From positions 18,663 to 82,662 of the forward strand of contig JACZYG010000009.1 in NCBI GenBank assembly GCA_022571215.1: a DNA stretch of 64,000 nt. Direction: 5' to 3'. The stretch comes from Fidelibacterota bacterium. GTDB lineage: Bacteria; Fidelibacterota; SORT01. Shown piece by piece: positions 11,665 to 21,622 of this stretch. Below the pieces are notes generated by a model. The model had not been told where the DNA came from and made no database searches. It was given only the letters and a program-made list of their open reading frames with translations. Position numbers and translations under genes: made by a program. How positions within the stretch are numbered: position 1 is the stretch's first letter; the number at the start of each line of letters is the position of its first letter.

Positions 11665-12507
11665 TCAGTCAATAGAAATATCTTTCTCTCGATAGATTGG
11701 TATCAGTTCTCGAGGATCAATGGGCACGCCTTTCTTCCATATCTCAAAATGTAAATGCGGGCCTCTGCTTATTCCGGTATCTCCTCCGAGCGCAATCGGG
11801 TCACCTCTGTGAACCCTGTCGTGAACCTTCACAAGATTCCGTGAATTATGCCCATAAACACTAAAGTAGTCATTGCCGTGATAAAGTAATATCCTGTTAC
11901 CCGAACGGTAGGTCCAATTGGAGAAGACCACTACTCCTTCTGCCGCGGCGACAACCACATCACCTACTCGCGTGGCGATATCAATTCCTACGTGCTGGTC
12001 TTCCTTAAAAATTGTGGACCTGGCGAAACCGGCGGTCACTACTCCCTCAATTGGCGGTGTAGTCGGCACATTTTCAATAAAATTGACATTATCAAATCTT
12101 GGCATATCAGCAGGATCAATTTCCCTCAGCGGCAATGACATCAACGAATCTAGCTTGTGATTTGAAGTGTCCGCTCCGGATTCAATGAATCCCAACGGAG
12201 ATTCGAGATTCAGACTGAGTCCAAGATATTTTCTGATAGCTATATCTCTCTGTTTTATCCTCGCATAATCATCTAATAATCGCAACACCTTAAAACGGTC
12301 ACGTGTCAACTCCATATTTTTCCCCACCAGATCGTTGTACCTTAAAGCTCTTGGAAGTATCAAAGCGGTCGAAGCGGCGATAGCAATCACTAACAACAGG
12401 CTCAGTATGATAATTGTCCTTAAAAAATTCCTGTTGAGCCGGAAGGTTTTCGGATTTTCCGTTTCATCCGGAATTAGAACTATTGTATAGTATTTATTTT
12501 TTTTCAT
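11665..12507 (-). CDS. M23-family metallopeptidase (LytM-like)
   Basis: 280 aa with an N-terminal TM anchor. It carries the HVGIDIA...YGHN...HLHFE motifs of M23 peptidases. Confidence 0.85.
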   Translation of the reverse strand: MKKNKYYTIVLIPDETENPKTFRLNRNFLRTIIILSLLLVIAIAASTALILPRALRYNDLVGKNMELTRDRFKVLRLLDDYARIKQRDIAIRKYLGLSLNLESPLGFIESGADTSNHKLDSLMSLPLREIDPADMPRFDNVNFIENVPTTPPIEGVVTAGFARSTIFKEDQHVGIDIATRVGDVVVAAAEGVVVFSNWTYRSGNRILLYHGNDYFSVYGHNSRNLVKVHDRVHRGDPIALGGDTGISRGPHLHFEIWKKGVPIDPRELIPIYREKDISID

Positions 12508-12529
12508 CAGGTTACTATACTTAGCGCTG

Positions 12530-13396
12530 TCAGCTGTCGAGTTGTCCTATAAGGGTGATCAGCCTTTCAAGGTCTTCATTCGAATAATATTCCACAACGA
12601 CCTCTCCGCCTGAGCCTTTTACTCTTATTCTAACCTTCGTCCCGAATTTCATCATAAGTTCACTTTCTATTGCTTTCAATTGGGGAGACTTCGCGGATGT
12701 AGCTTTCAAACGCATTGTTTTTGGAGTTTCTTTCAGGCCTCCCTTAATGATCTCTTCAACCTGTCGCACGCTGAGTCCGTCTTTGATTATCTTTCGATAC
12801 AACGCAAGCATTTTAGCGCTCTCTTTAATAGGGAGCAGCGCTCTTGCATGTCCTTGAGACAGTTCTCCCTTCCTGATAGACTCTCTGATTTCATCCGGCA
12901 ACCCGAGCAGGCGAAGGAAGTTTGCGATGGTCGAACGGTCTTTCCCGACTTTGTCCGCTATCTCTCCGTGCGTCAGTCCGTGATCTTCCACCAATTCCTG
13001 GAATGCCTGCGCTACATCCACGGGGTTCAGGTCTTCTCTCTGTATATTTTCTATTAGAGCGAGTTGAAGCAGGCTTCCATCGTTCTCGACCGACATCACA
13101 TATGCGGGAATCGTTCTCATGTTTATCAGCTTGACTGCCCGTAGCCTACGTTCTCCGGCTATCAACTCGAATTTGCCGTCTTTCCGCCTTACCGTAATAG
13201 GCTGCACAATACCGTTTTCATTTATTGACGCGGCAAGCTCTTCCAATGCTACAGGATCAAAATCATGGCGTGGCTGCCGGGGATTTGTTGAGATACTATC
13301 AACTAATAACTCCGCGACTTCCGCTTTTTCCCCCGACGGCTCATCAAATTCAGGAATGAGCGCCCTGATTCCCCTTCCAAGTGATTTAGCCGGCAT
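12530..13396 (-). CDS. parB: Chromosome partitioning protein ParB
   Basis: The ORF runs to 13417, but the likely start is the internal Met ([15 protein letters not shown]). ParB box GERRLRA and an HTH are present. Confidence 0.9.
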   Translation of the reverse strand: MPAKSLGRGIRALIPEFDEPSGEKAEVAELLVDSISTNPRQPRHDFDPVALEELAASINENGIVQPITVRRKDGKFELIAGERRLRAVKLINMRTIPAYVMSVENDGSLLQLALIENIQREDLNPVDVAQAFQELVEDHGLTHGEIADKVGKDRSTIANFLRLLGLPDEIRESIRKGELSQGHARALLPIKESAKMLALYRKIIKDGLSVRQVEEIIKGGLKETPKTMRLKATSAKSPQLKAIESELMMKFGTKVRIRVKGSGGEVVVEYYSNEDLERLITLIGQLDS

Positions 13397-14165
13397 GTTC
13401 CAACATCTCCCGAACAAGATTCATATAATTTCCCGCGCCCGTTGAAACTGCATCGTATAGGATTATAGGTTTGCCGTAACTCGGCGCTTCTCCCAATTTT
13501 ACATTTCTGTTTATAACAGTCTCAAAGACTTTTTCCTTAAAATAATCCCTGATCTCTTCCGCCACCTGCCGACTCAGGTTCAAACGGCTATCGAACATCG
13601 TTATCAGAAAACCTTCAACTTCTAATGTTTTGTTCAGGTTCTTCTGAACTAATCGTATGGTATTCAGCAGCTGACTTAAACCCTCTAAAGCAAAATATTC
13701 ACATTGAACGGGCACGAGAACGGTATCAGCGGCGGTCAGACTGTTAAGCGTCAAAAGACCTAAAGAAGGTGGGCAGTCTATGAAAATGTACTCGTAACTT
13801 CCGTTCACGCTGCTGAGCGCCGTTTTGAGTATAGTCTCACGGGCAAGCGCGGGAACGAGTTCGATTTCCGCTCCAACCAATCTTGTTGATGAAGGAAGTA
13901 TATCGAGAAAGGGAAGATCGGATTTCCTTATCACGCTTTCTGCGTCCACACTGTTTATCATAACATCGTAAACCGATTTGTCACTATTTTCAAGTTCTAT
14001 TCCCAATCCGCTCGTAGCGTTTGCCTGCGGATCCATGTCAATTATAAGCGTCGGTATTTCCGTGACAGCCATGCACGCGGCAAGGTTCACGGCGGTAGTG
14101 GTCTTACCCACACCTCCTTTTTGATTCGCTATGACTATAACTTTCGTCAATTCTTTATTACCCAA
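13386..14165 (-). CDS. parA: Chromosome partitioning ATPase ParA/Soj
   Basis: 259 aa; deviant Walker [16 protein letters not shown]. Confidence 0.92.
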   Translation of the reverse strand: MGNKELTKVIVIANQKGGVGKTTTAVNLAACMAVTEIPTLIIDMDPQANATSGLGIELENSDKSVYDVMINSVDAESVIRKSDLPFLDILPSSTRLVGAEIELVPALARETILKTALSSVNGSYEYIFIDCPPSLGLLTLNSLTAADTVLVPVQCEYFALEGLSQLLNTIRLVQKNLNKTLEVEGFLITMFDSRLNLSRQVAEEIRDYFKEKVFETVINRNVKLGEAPSYGKPIILYDAVSTGAGNYMNLVREMLEHAG

Positions 14166-14279
14166 TATTCAATTAACATCTGATTTTTAAATGTAGCAGG
14201 AGACCGACCGAAATGCAAGTATGGTTTGTGCCGGAATCAGTAAAAGTATTTTATTGATTTCGTGTCAGTTGGAACCACC

Positions 14280-14460
14280 GCCGATTGAGGGACTAACGAA
14301 AATCCGGACTCGCAATGACAACTTCTCTCCCCTTGAGGGGAGTGTCCGTCAGTTGACGGACGAGGGGTGTGATCATTCCGTAAGGAGAAATCATAAATTA
14401 ATATCCGAATCACACCCTCCGTCACTTTGTGACACCTCCCTCAAGGGAGGAGGTTTTTTA
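14280..14460 (+). ncRNA. Candidate structured small RNA (unclassified)
   Basis: The region sits in a divergent promoter gap between parA and a dehydrogenase gene. It contains five perfect or near-perfect hairpins (ctcccc-ttga-ggggag; gtccgtc-agtt-gacggac; gagggtgtgat...atcacaccctc; gtcac-ttt-gtgac; cctccc-tcaa-gggagg) and ends in a stem plus T-run. There is no credible ORF. Confidence 0.2.
14435..14459 (+). terminator. Intrinsic terminator (GC hairpin plus U-run)
   Basis: cctccctcaagggagg followed by aggtttttta. Confidence 0.45.
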
Positions 14461-14526
14461 TCCCCACCCTTAATAAAGCAGATAATAAGTTGATTCCGGT
14501 TTTCTCTCTACATAGATTGAACCGCC

Positions 14527-15522
14527 TTGAATTCTAAACCGATTAAAATCGCTATCCGCATGACAAATAATCGAAAGATGTTCGACAGGATAGTCGAATG
14601 GGTGGGCGCCGAGTTGGATTCACCCGATAGCGTCAAGTTCATCTTCTGTTCTTCAAATGAGGAGTTTGCCTCCGCCGGGAGTGACGTAGCGGTCGCTTCG
14701 TCCTATAAATTCACACCGGAGATCTTTTCCGGTCTGACCGGATTGAAATGGCTTCACTTCGGCGCGACAGGGGTTGACGGAATACTCTTTCCCGAATTAA
14801 TTGAGAGTGACGTTACACTGACCAAGGCGGTCGGTTTTCATTCTAAAGTCACCGCGGAACACGCCATCGCCATGATGTTGTATTTCGAGCGGAAATTCGC
14901 CGAGTCAATAAAATTCAAAGAGACCAGGAAATGGAGCCAAAGGGAAATAGCATTACGAAATGGTACGCTAAGTGGAAAATCACTTGGAATTTTAGGATTC
15001 GGAGCCGTCGGTCAAGCGTTATCAGAGATGGCGGATGTTTTCGGGATGAACGTAAGCGTCGCAACCCGCAGCTCAAAATCAAGCGATCTGCTCCCTCATG
15101 TCAATCGGATATATCCGTCATCGGGGCTAAATGAACTGATAGCCCAATCGGATTACTTCGCCGTCTGCGTTCCTCTCACGAAAGAGACAAAAGGAGTGAT
15201 AAACCGGGAGCGGCTTTCTTTTATGAAAGAATCCGCAATAATCATCAACGTGGCGCGGGGAGCGATTGTAGATGAACCGGCTCTCTATCAAGCGCTCTCT
15301 CAAAAAAAGATAGCCGGAGCAGGACTTGACGTTTTCGCCACGGAACCTCTTCCTGAGGATAACCCGCTGTTCGAACTCGACAACGTCTTTCTCTCTCCGC
15401 ATGTTGCGGGAAACTTCGGTGATTATACGCATCTCGCCGCGACCGATTTCGGTGTGAATCTGCAGCGTTACCTATCAGGCAAAGAACTCAGAAACGTAGT
15501 TGATAAATCGCTGGGATACTGA
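14527..15522 (+). CDS. D-isomer-specific 2-hydroxyacid dehydrogenase family, NAD-binding (PGDH/GlyR-like)
   Basis: 331 aa; GxGxxG Rossmann GILGFGAVGQALSEMADVFGMNV; catalytic R/E/H pattern (NVARGAIVDE, SPHVAG). Confidence 0.8.
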   Translation: MNSKPIKIAIRMTNNRKMFDRIVEWVGAELDSPDSVKFIFCSSNEEFASAGSDVAVASSYKFTPEIFSGLTGLKWLHFGATGVDGILFPELIESDVTLTKAVGFHSKVTAEHAIAMMLYFERKFAESIKFKETRKWSQREIALRNGTLSGKSLGILGFGAVGQALSEMADVFGMNVSVATRSSKSSDLLPHVNRIYPSSGLNELIAQSDYFAVCVPLTKETKGVINRERLSFMKESAIIINVARGAIVDEPALYQALSQKKIAGAGLDVFATEPLPEDNPLFELDNVFLSPHVAGNFGDYTHLAATDFGVNLQRYLSGKELRNVVDKSLGY

Positions 15523-15578
15523 ACTGGAATTAATTAACCTTCTTTTGGAAATATTATACTAATTTTTGAAAATATTAT

Positions 15579-15607
15579 TTGACATAAGATGATAAAATAG
15601 ATAAATT
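15579..15607 (+). promoter_or_regulatory. Candidate sigma70-type promoter for secDF
   Basis: TTGACA-17 nt-TAAATT, 38 nt upstream of the secD start. Confidence 0.3.
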
Positions 15608-15644
15608 CGTTGCTTGCTTGAACATTAGAATTTAAGAGGATTTA

Positions 15645-17555
15645 TTGGGAAAAAATTTAACGCCAAGATTTGTGCTGATAGGAGCTGTGATATTCCTTAC
15701 AGCCTATTTATTGACACCGACAATAGAATATTATTTCTTTCCACCCGATGACGAAGCAGCCAGTGACGCGCTTCAGGAAAAAGCATTAAAACTCGGCCTT
15801 GATCTTCAGGGTGGTATGCATGTTGTAATGGAGGTGAATATACCGAAACTCGTAGAGAACTTAGCGAGTAACAAAACACTTCTTTATGATGCGCTTGCCG
15901 CCGCCGAGACAAGAGCTGAAAATGATGACATCGAATTCCTTGATGCGCTGCTGCTCGAAGCGAATGAACGGAATATCAAACTCGCCCGGCATTTCATTGA
16001 ATATGGAATTGAAAATTCGGAGATAATTGACGCCTTAGAAGATGAAGCAAGTGACGCTGTCAATCGCGCTCTCGAGGTTATTCGAAATAGGGTTGACCAA
16101 TTTGGAGTTTCCGAACCTACGATTCTCAAGCAGGGTTCGAATCGAATAATTGTCGAACTTGCCGGCGTGCAGGATCCCGAACGAGCGCGTAACTTGATAA
16201 GACAAACGGCTCTGTTGGAATTTAGCCTGCTTAAAGAACCTGATGTTGTCCAGGCCGTTATTAACCGCATCGATAACGTTCTCAAAAGTATCAGGACCGG
16301 TATAGCCTTAGACAGTCTTGTTACACTCTCCGGCTCTACGGCAGATACAACTGACACTACTCGGACAGCGGTTGCCGAAAGTAAGGATAAATCCATCAGT
16401 GTTGATGAAATATTCGGCGTAACAACACCAGAATCATTCTCCGATAAATCAGAAGGTTCTGTAATCGTGGATGAGCAGATTTTTGAAGATCGTCCCTTTT
16501 CTGCCCTGCTAAGGAACATAGATGGTGATATAGGTGTTCCGTTAGAGAACGTAAAGGCTGTTCGCAGAATTCTTGAATTAGAGGAAGTTCAAGCTGCGCT
16601 TCCGGCGGATATGAAGATAATCTGGTCAAGCAATCAGAAAGATTTCGGCGGAAGGGGACTCCCGTCTGAAAAATTTAATGTCCTGTATGCTGTCAACAGA
16701 GAACCGGGTTTGACGGGAGAAGTTGTTACTTCCGCTTCGGCTAATTTCGGCGGAGGCGCAAGTTCCGCTTCAGGACAACCGGTGGTCTACCTCAATATGA
16801 ACAGTGAGGGCGCCAGAACTTGGTCACGTCTTACCGGAGCAAACATAAATAAAAGAATTGCCATTATTCTTGACAATAGAGTCCACTCCGCGCCGGTAAT
16901 TAGAAGTAAAATTCCATCCGGAAATACTGTCATTGAAGGAATGAATTCCATAAATGAAGCAAAAGACCTTTCCATTATCTTGAGAGCAGGCGCGCTTCCC
17001 GCTCCAATGGAAATTATTGAGGAACGTACTATCGGTCCGACACTTGGTCATGATTCGATTAAAATGGGCACGGACGCCGCGCTTCTTGGATTGGTACTCG
17101 TAATGATATTTATGCTTCTATACTATAGGATGTCCGGGCTTCTTGCGAATTTTGCGCTGCTTCTTAATCTCGCTTTTGTTCTCGCAATCATGACAACGCT
17201 TAGAGCGACGCTGACACTGCCGGGTATTGCGGGACTTATTCTGACTATCGGAATGTCAGTTGACGCGAACGTGCTGATATTTGAGAGGATAAAAGAAGAG
17301 CTCAGAAAGGGCAAAACGGTTCGTTCTGCGATAGATGCAGGTTATTCAAAGGCATTAACAACAATTATCGACGCAAACGTGACCACCATACTCGCTGCTC
17401 TCGTGCTCTTCCAATTCGGAACCGGGCCCATCAAGGGATTTGCCGTTACGCTGTTTTGGGGCATCCTTGCAAGTATGTTGACCGCTATTTTCATCACAAG
17501 GACAATTTTTGCATACGTAACCGACCGCTTCAAGGTCACTAAATTAAGTATATAA
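15645..17555 (+). CDS. secD: Protein translocase subunit SecD
   Basis: 636 aa with a large periplasmic domain and six C-terminal TM helices; conserved GVSEPTI...IIVELAG block. Confidence 0.93.
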   Translation: MGKNLTPRFVLIGAVIFLTAYLLTPTIEYYFFPPDDEAASDALQEKALKLGLDLQGGMHVVMEVNIPKLVENLASNKTLLYDALAAAETRAENDDIEFLDALLLEANERNIKLARHFIEYGIENSEIIDALEDEASDAVNRALEVIRNRVDQFGVSEPTILKQGSNRIIVELAGVQDPERARNLIRQTALLEFSLLKEPDVVQAVINRIDNVLKSIRTGIALDSLVTLSGSTADTTDTTRTAVAESKDKSISVDEIFGVTTPESFSDKSEGSVIVDEQIFEDRPFSALLRNIDGDIGVPLENVKAVRRILELEEVQAALPADMKIIWSSNQKDFGGRGLPSEKFNVLYAVNREPGLTGEVVTSASANFGGGASSASGQPVVYLNMNSEGARTWSRLTGANINKRIAIILDNRVHSAPVIRSKIPSGNTVIEGMNSINEAKDLSIILRAGALPAPMEIIEERTIGPTLGHDSIKMGTDAALLGLVLVMIFMLLYYRMSGLLANFALLLNLAFVLAIMTTLRATLTLPGIAGLILTIGMSVDANVLIFERIKEELRKGKTVRSAIDAGYSKALTTIIDANVTTILAALVLFQFGTGPIKGFAVTLFWGILASMLTAIFITRTIFAYVTDRFKVTKLSI

Positions 17556-17556
17556 A

Positions 17557-18483
17557 ATGAACTTATTTGTAGACACAAACATAGATTTCATAGGTAAGCG
17601 TAAAATCGGCATTGTGCTTTCTCTTCTTCTCATCCTCGTCGGTTTAATCTCGATGGTCGCTCACGGAGGACCCCGGCTTGGAATCGACTTTTTAGGCGGA
17701 ACATTAGTTCAGGTCAAATTCGAAGAGTCTGTTTCCAGCACGGATGTCCGTTTAGCTATTTCCACAGCAGGTTATGGTGGCGCAGTGATACAGCAGTTCG
17801 GCGATGATAAAGAAATCCTTATTAGGATACTTGAAGCAAAAGGTGACACGGAAGCAGCCACTCTCATCTCCCAAGCGCTGACTGATTATTTTACGGATAA
17901 CCCGTATGAAATTCGCAGGGTTGAAAAAGTGGGACCAAAAATTGGCGAAGAGCTAAGAACCAAAGCTGTTTTGGCAATTTTCGGCGCTATGCTCGGCATC
18001 GTTATTTATATTACCTTCAGGTTCGAATTCAAATTCGCTATCGGCGCTCTTATCGCCCTTGCGCATGATGTCTTAATAACTCTCGGTATTTTTAGTTTAT
18101 TGGATATCGAGATAACACTTGCTGTCATTGCCGCTTTTCTTACAATAGTGGGGTATTCATTGAACGATACTATCGTTATCTATGACCGTATAAGGGAGAA
18201 TATCAAAGCGATGCGCGGTGAATCCTATGAAAAAATAATTAACACGAGCATTAATAATTCCCTTGCCAGAACCGTTGTAACCTCGATGACTACTTTTATG
18301 GTAGTATTTATTTTATATATTATGGGGGGACAAGTAATATCAGGATTTTCATTCGCTATGATGCTTGGAGTAATTGTGGGAACTTATTCGTCTATCTTTA
18401 TTGCAAGCCCGATTCTGATCGAATGGCATGAGCGCGCGGCAGCAAAGAAATCATCCGAGTTCGTTACAAGCTCAACGAGGTAA
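17557..18483 (+). CDS. secF: Protein translocase subunit SecF
   Basis: 308 aa, adjacent to secD; SecF conserved LGIDFLGGT and a C-terminal 6-TM domain. Confidence 0.93.
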   Translation: MNLFVDTNIDFIGKRKIGIVLSLLLILVGLISMVAHGGPRLGIDFLGGTLVQVKFEESVSSTDVRLAISTAGYGGAVIQQFGDDKEILIRILEAKGDTEAATLISQALTDYFTDNPYEIRRVEKVGPKIGEELRTKAVLAIFGAMLGIVIYITFRFEFKFAIGALIALAHDVLITLGIFSLLDIEITLAVIAAFLTIVGYSLNDTIVIYDRIRENIKAMRGESYEKIINTSINNSLARTVVTSMTTFMVVFILYIMGGQVISGFSFAMMLGVIVGTYSSIFIASPILIEWHERAAAKKSSEFVTSSTR

Positions 18484-18486
18484 AAT

Positions 18487-18825
18487 ATGAAATTAAATCA
18501 AATAGATAAAGACGGTGTGACCGTCATCGAGTTAAAAGGGAAATTGATGGGTGGACCGGACGCTGTTGAACTGCATGAAACTCTTCATGGTCTTGTCGAA
18601 AAAGATGTCAAGAATTTCGTGCTTGATTTAAAAGATGTTGATTGGATAAACAGTTCCGGATTAGGTATTTTGATCAGTGGTCTGACGACAGTCCGAAATA
18701 GCGGGGGTGATCTATGCTTGGCTCAAGCGGGAGATAAAATAAAAAATATTCTCACTATAACCAAATTATCCTCTGTTTTTAATTCATTTGACCTCTTAGA
18801 TGATGCAGTCGCCAGCTTTAAATAA
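18487..18825 (+). CDS. STAS-domain anti-sigma-factor antagonist
   Basis: 112 aa; SpoIIAA-like fold motifs (VLDLKDVDWINSSGLGIL). Confidence 0.8.
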   Translation: MKLNQIDKDGVTVIELKGKLMGGPDAVELHETLHGLVEKDVKNFVLDLKDVDWINSSGLGILISGLTTVRNSGGDLCLAQAGDKIKNILTITKLSSVFNSFDLLDDAVASFK

Positions 18826-18888
18826 CTTTCTATTTCCTAAAACAACCCACCGAGAGAGTTTAATCGATATACTATCACTTTTCCCATT

Positions 18889-20154
18889 ATGCCCGTAACG
18901 ATTATAGTCGGCGGGCAATGGGGCGATGAAGGGAAGGGAAAGATTGTTGATATCCTTTCCGCCGAAGCCGACGCCGTAGCCCGTTATCAGGGTGGAGCGA
19001 ATGCGGGTCATACAATTCTCATCGAAGATAAACAGTATGTGCTGCACCTTATTCCTTCAGGAATTCTCAGAGATAACACTTCCTGCTACATCGGAAACGG
19101 TGTCGTTGTAGACCCTGATGCGTTTTTAAGCGAGGTTGAATTTCTCAATTCAGAAGGGATTGATGTTGAAGGCCGGTTATTTATAAGCAACAATGCTCAT
19201 CTTGTTACTCCATTACATATCTTATCTGACAAAACGTCTGAATCAGGAAGTAATAAAATCGGCACTACTTTAAGGGGTATCGGTCCTGCTTATACTGATA
19301 AGGTCTCCCGCGTTGGTATTCGGGCGGTGGAATTGCTGAATCAGGACGTTTTTAAATCAAAGCTTCTTAACAACTACGAGTTGTTAGGCAGACATTTTAC
19401 CGGCGGCAACGGCGATCTACCGCCATTCAATGACATTTTTGATTCCTATTGGGCTTCAGCCTCAAAACTAATTCCTTATCTTTCAGACGTTACCGCTCAA
19501 CTTCAGGAGCTGATCCTGAGAGGAGACAATTTACTCTTAGAGGGGGCGCAGGGAACATATTTAGACGTGGATCATGGTACTTATCCATACGTCACCTCTT
19601 CTAACCCTTCTGCGGGAAGCGCTTGCTCCGGCGTAGGAATAGGTCCGACAAAAATTGACAGAGTTATTACAGTATTTAAAGCATATACAACAAGAGTAGG
19701 ATTAGGACCCTTTCCAACCGAGCTCGAAGATGAGATAGGCGATCTAATCAGAGAAACCGGGTTCGAATTCGGAGCCACGACGGGAAGAGAACGCAGATGC
19801 GGCTGGTTTGACATCCCTTTCGCCGTTCGGGCTATCGGCATAAACGGTACGAGCGATATCGCTTTGACTAAACTTGATGTCTTAGACGGACTTGAAGAGA
19901 TCATGTTGTGCGTGGGCTACAAATTAAACGGAGAAAAAATAGATTATTTCCCAAGAAGTATAGAAGAGATGGAATCTGTAGTTCCAATTTATGAATCTGT
20001 TCCCGGTTGGAAAACGGAATTAAAGCGTTTTTCTTCTTACTCCGAATTACCGGATAAAACGAAAAATTATATCTCGATTCTTGAAGACTACCTTAAAACA
20101 CCCATCAAAATGATCTCCGTGGATCCTCGAAGAGAAAAAATTATCTTAAGATAA
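18889..20154 (+). CDS. purA: Adenylosuccinate synthetase
   Basis: 421 aa; GGQWGDEGKGKIVD P-loop, GIGPAY, TTGRERRCGWFD. Confidence 0.95.
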   Translation: MPVTIIVGGQWGDEGKGKIVDILSAEADAVARYQGGANAGHTILIEDKQYVLHLIPSGILRDNTSCYIGNGVVVDPDAFLSEVEFLNSEGIDVEGRLFISNNAHLVTPLHILSDKTSESGSNKIGTTLRGIGPAYTDKVSRVGIRAVELLNQDVFKSKLLNNYELLGRHFTGGNGDLPPFNDIFDSYWASASKLIPYLSDVTAQLQELILRGDNLLLEGAQGTYLDVDHGTYPYVTSSNPSAGSACSGVGIGPTKIDRVITVFKAYTTRVGLGPFPTELEDEIGDLIRETGFEFGATTGRERRCGWFDIPFAVRAIGINGTSDIALTKLDVLDGLEEIMLCVGYKLNGEKIDYFPRSIEEMESVVPIYESVPGWKTELKRFSSYSELPDKTKNYISILEDYLKTPIKMISVDPRREKIILR

Positions 20155-20215
20155 ACATAAAAATCTTACTAATGAAACAACCGTGATTTCGAGATTTAAC
20201 TGATTTAAATCCTAT

Positions 20216-21622
20216 TTACTTGTTCATGCCCAATGTTTCAAGATGATGATACAGATTACTCAACGTAACTCCCAATTCATCGGCTAATTTATTCTTATCC
20301 CAGTTATTATTGGCGAGTCGTTCAGTCAGAAATTCCTTTTTGAAAACCCGTACCGCTTCCTTTAGAGTTAATTTTTCATAATCGTTCGCTATGTTTCTCG
20401 GTCTATCCATCACATGATGCATCATTTCGATAAGTTTACGAACCTCCGAAACAATTTCGCCGGATAGTAACGGTCTTTCCGCAATTGCTTCTGTTTCAGC
20501 ATGTTTTATTTCAATAGTGTTATTATTCAATCTTGAATTTACTTCGTGATATAATTGAGCGAATCTCCACGAGCCGCCAAGCTCCTTCTTGGTTCTGCCG
20601 AAATACTCCGACCTTAAGCCAAAGTCATCATCCAACATACTCTTAGATGCTTCGATCTTTCCGATTTTGAGTAGGAACTTTGCATACTCTTCAAGAGAAG
20701 TAGCTGTTTCCTGTTCATCGGATAAAGTCTTTGACAGAGCGAGCGTCTCCGAATAAAGTTTCTCAGCTTCTTCATCACCACCGATCAACGAATAGCATTG
20801 AGCTAAATTTCTCAAACTTTTTATTGTTAAAACAGGGTCTGTTCTATCTTTCAAACAATCTTCGAAATATGTAATTGATGGAGTTATCCGGTTCGATTTG
20901 AGGTTAAGTTCACCCAGTTTGAAAAACAAATTGATTAGGGGCAATTTCCCTTTTGTTTTTTGAGCAAAGCGCAACGCCTCTCTGTATGAATTTAAAGCTG
21001 ATTCTATATCACCCATATCCGAATACGAATTACCGATTGTGGTATGAATTTCAGCATATTTTTCGTGCTCTTCACCCTTCTTGTATATTGTCGCAGCCAT
21101 ATTGAGCAAACTAATCGCTCCTTCATAATCTCCTTTTCCGAAATTTAAAAGAGCCTTTGAGTTAAGTATGTCTGCCTTTTGAGAAGGAATTTCCACGCTG
21201 CTGGTCGCCGCGTCAATTGATTCTTCCGCCTTAGAATATTGCTGCAACGCTATACGGTAATTCGCGATATCTGTATGAATTTTCGTTTTCACTTCACTCG
21301 ATTTAGCAAGACCCCTCGCGGTCATGAGAAATTCGCCCGCAAGACTTGGTCCCTCTACTCCTAATACTATATTCGCAAGCGCTCGATAAATCTCCGCCTT
21401 CTGGTCTTCGTCGGTAGAAGTTTCAAGCGCCTCATAAAAATCTTCAAGACCACCGTTTTTTGTAATGATTTTACATTCTCTTGCTACATTGAGAAGGATA
21501 TTTAATTCATAATCGGTAAGAACTTCTATATATGAGATTATTTTGTTTATGCCGTTATTTGTGGTGGTCAAATTAACCTCTTTTTGCCCTTTCGTCCGGA
21601 TGACAGAGTCATTTTCTATCAT
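20216..21622 (-). CDS. TPR-repeat protein with a C-terminal Fis-type (HTH_8) DNA-binding domain
   Basis: 468 aa; multiple TPR-like helical repeats; the C-terminus LKEAVRVFKKEFLTERLANNNWDKNKLADELGVTLSNLYHHLETLG resembles NtrC/Fis HTH. No AAA+ domain. Confidence 0.6.
   Translation of the reverse strand: MIENDSVIRTKGQKEVNLTTTNNGINKIISYIEVLTDYELNILLNVARECKIITKNGGLEDFYEALETSTDEDQKAEIYRALANIVLGVEGPSLAGEFLMTARGLAKSSEVKTKIHTDIANYRIALQQYSKAEESIDAATSSVEIPSQKADILNSKALLNFGKGDYEGAISLLNMAATIYKKGEEHEKYAEIHTTIGNSYSDMGDIESALNSYREALRFAQKTKGKLPLINLFFKLGELNLKSNRITPSITYFEDCLKDRTDPVLTIKSLRNLAQCYSLIGGDEEAEKLYSETLALSKTLSDEQETATSLEEYAKFLLKIGKIEASKSMLDDDFGLRSEYFGRTKKELGGSWRFAQLYHEVNSRLNNNTIEIKHAETEAIAERPLLSGEIVSEVRKLIEMMHHVMDRPRNIANDYEKLTLKEAVRVFKKEFLTERLANNNWDKNKLADELGVTLSNLYHHLETLGMNK

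Noticed and set aside
12530-14165. Search for a parS site (TGTTNCACGTGAAACA) within or near parAB
   Set aside because: No full match was seen by eye. The closest (CCGTGAAACC near 25205) lies inside the mutase gene and is too degenerate. parS may lie outside the window.
14221-14493. Two mutually overlapping ORFs (90 aa on the plus strand, 62 aa on the minus strand) in the parA-dehydrogenase intergenic region
   Set aside because: They are low-complexity, with no RBS or recognisable domain, and both are threaded through a series of perfect palindromes and a terminator. The region is better explained as structured RNA or a repeat element than as coding.
15884-16519. 211-aa Ser/Ala-rich minus-strand ORF inside secD (and similar antisense ORFs, e.g. 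11246..11695 inside bactofilin, 40280..40660 inside the lipoprotein gene, 37345..38011 inside cytochrome b)
   Set aside because: These are shadow ORFs antisense to well-supported conserved genes. They are low-complexity translations with no independent signal.
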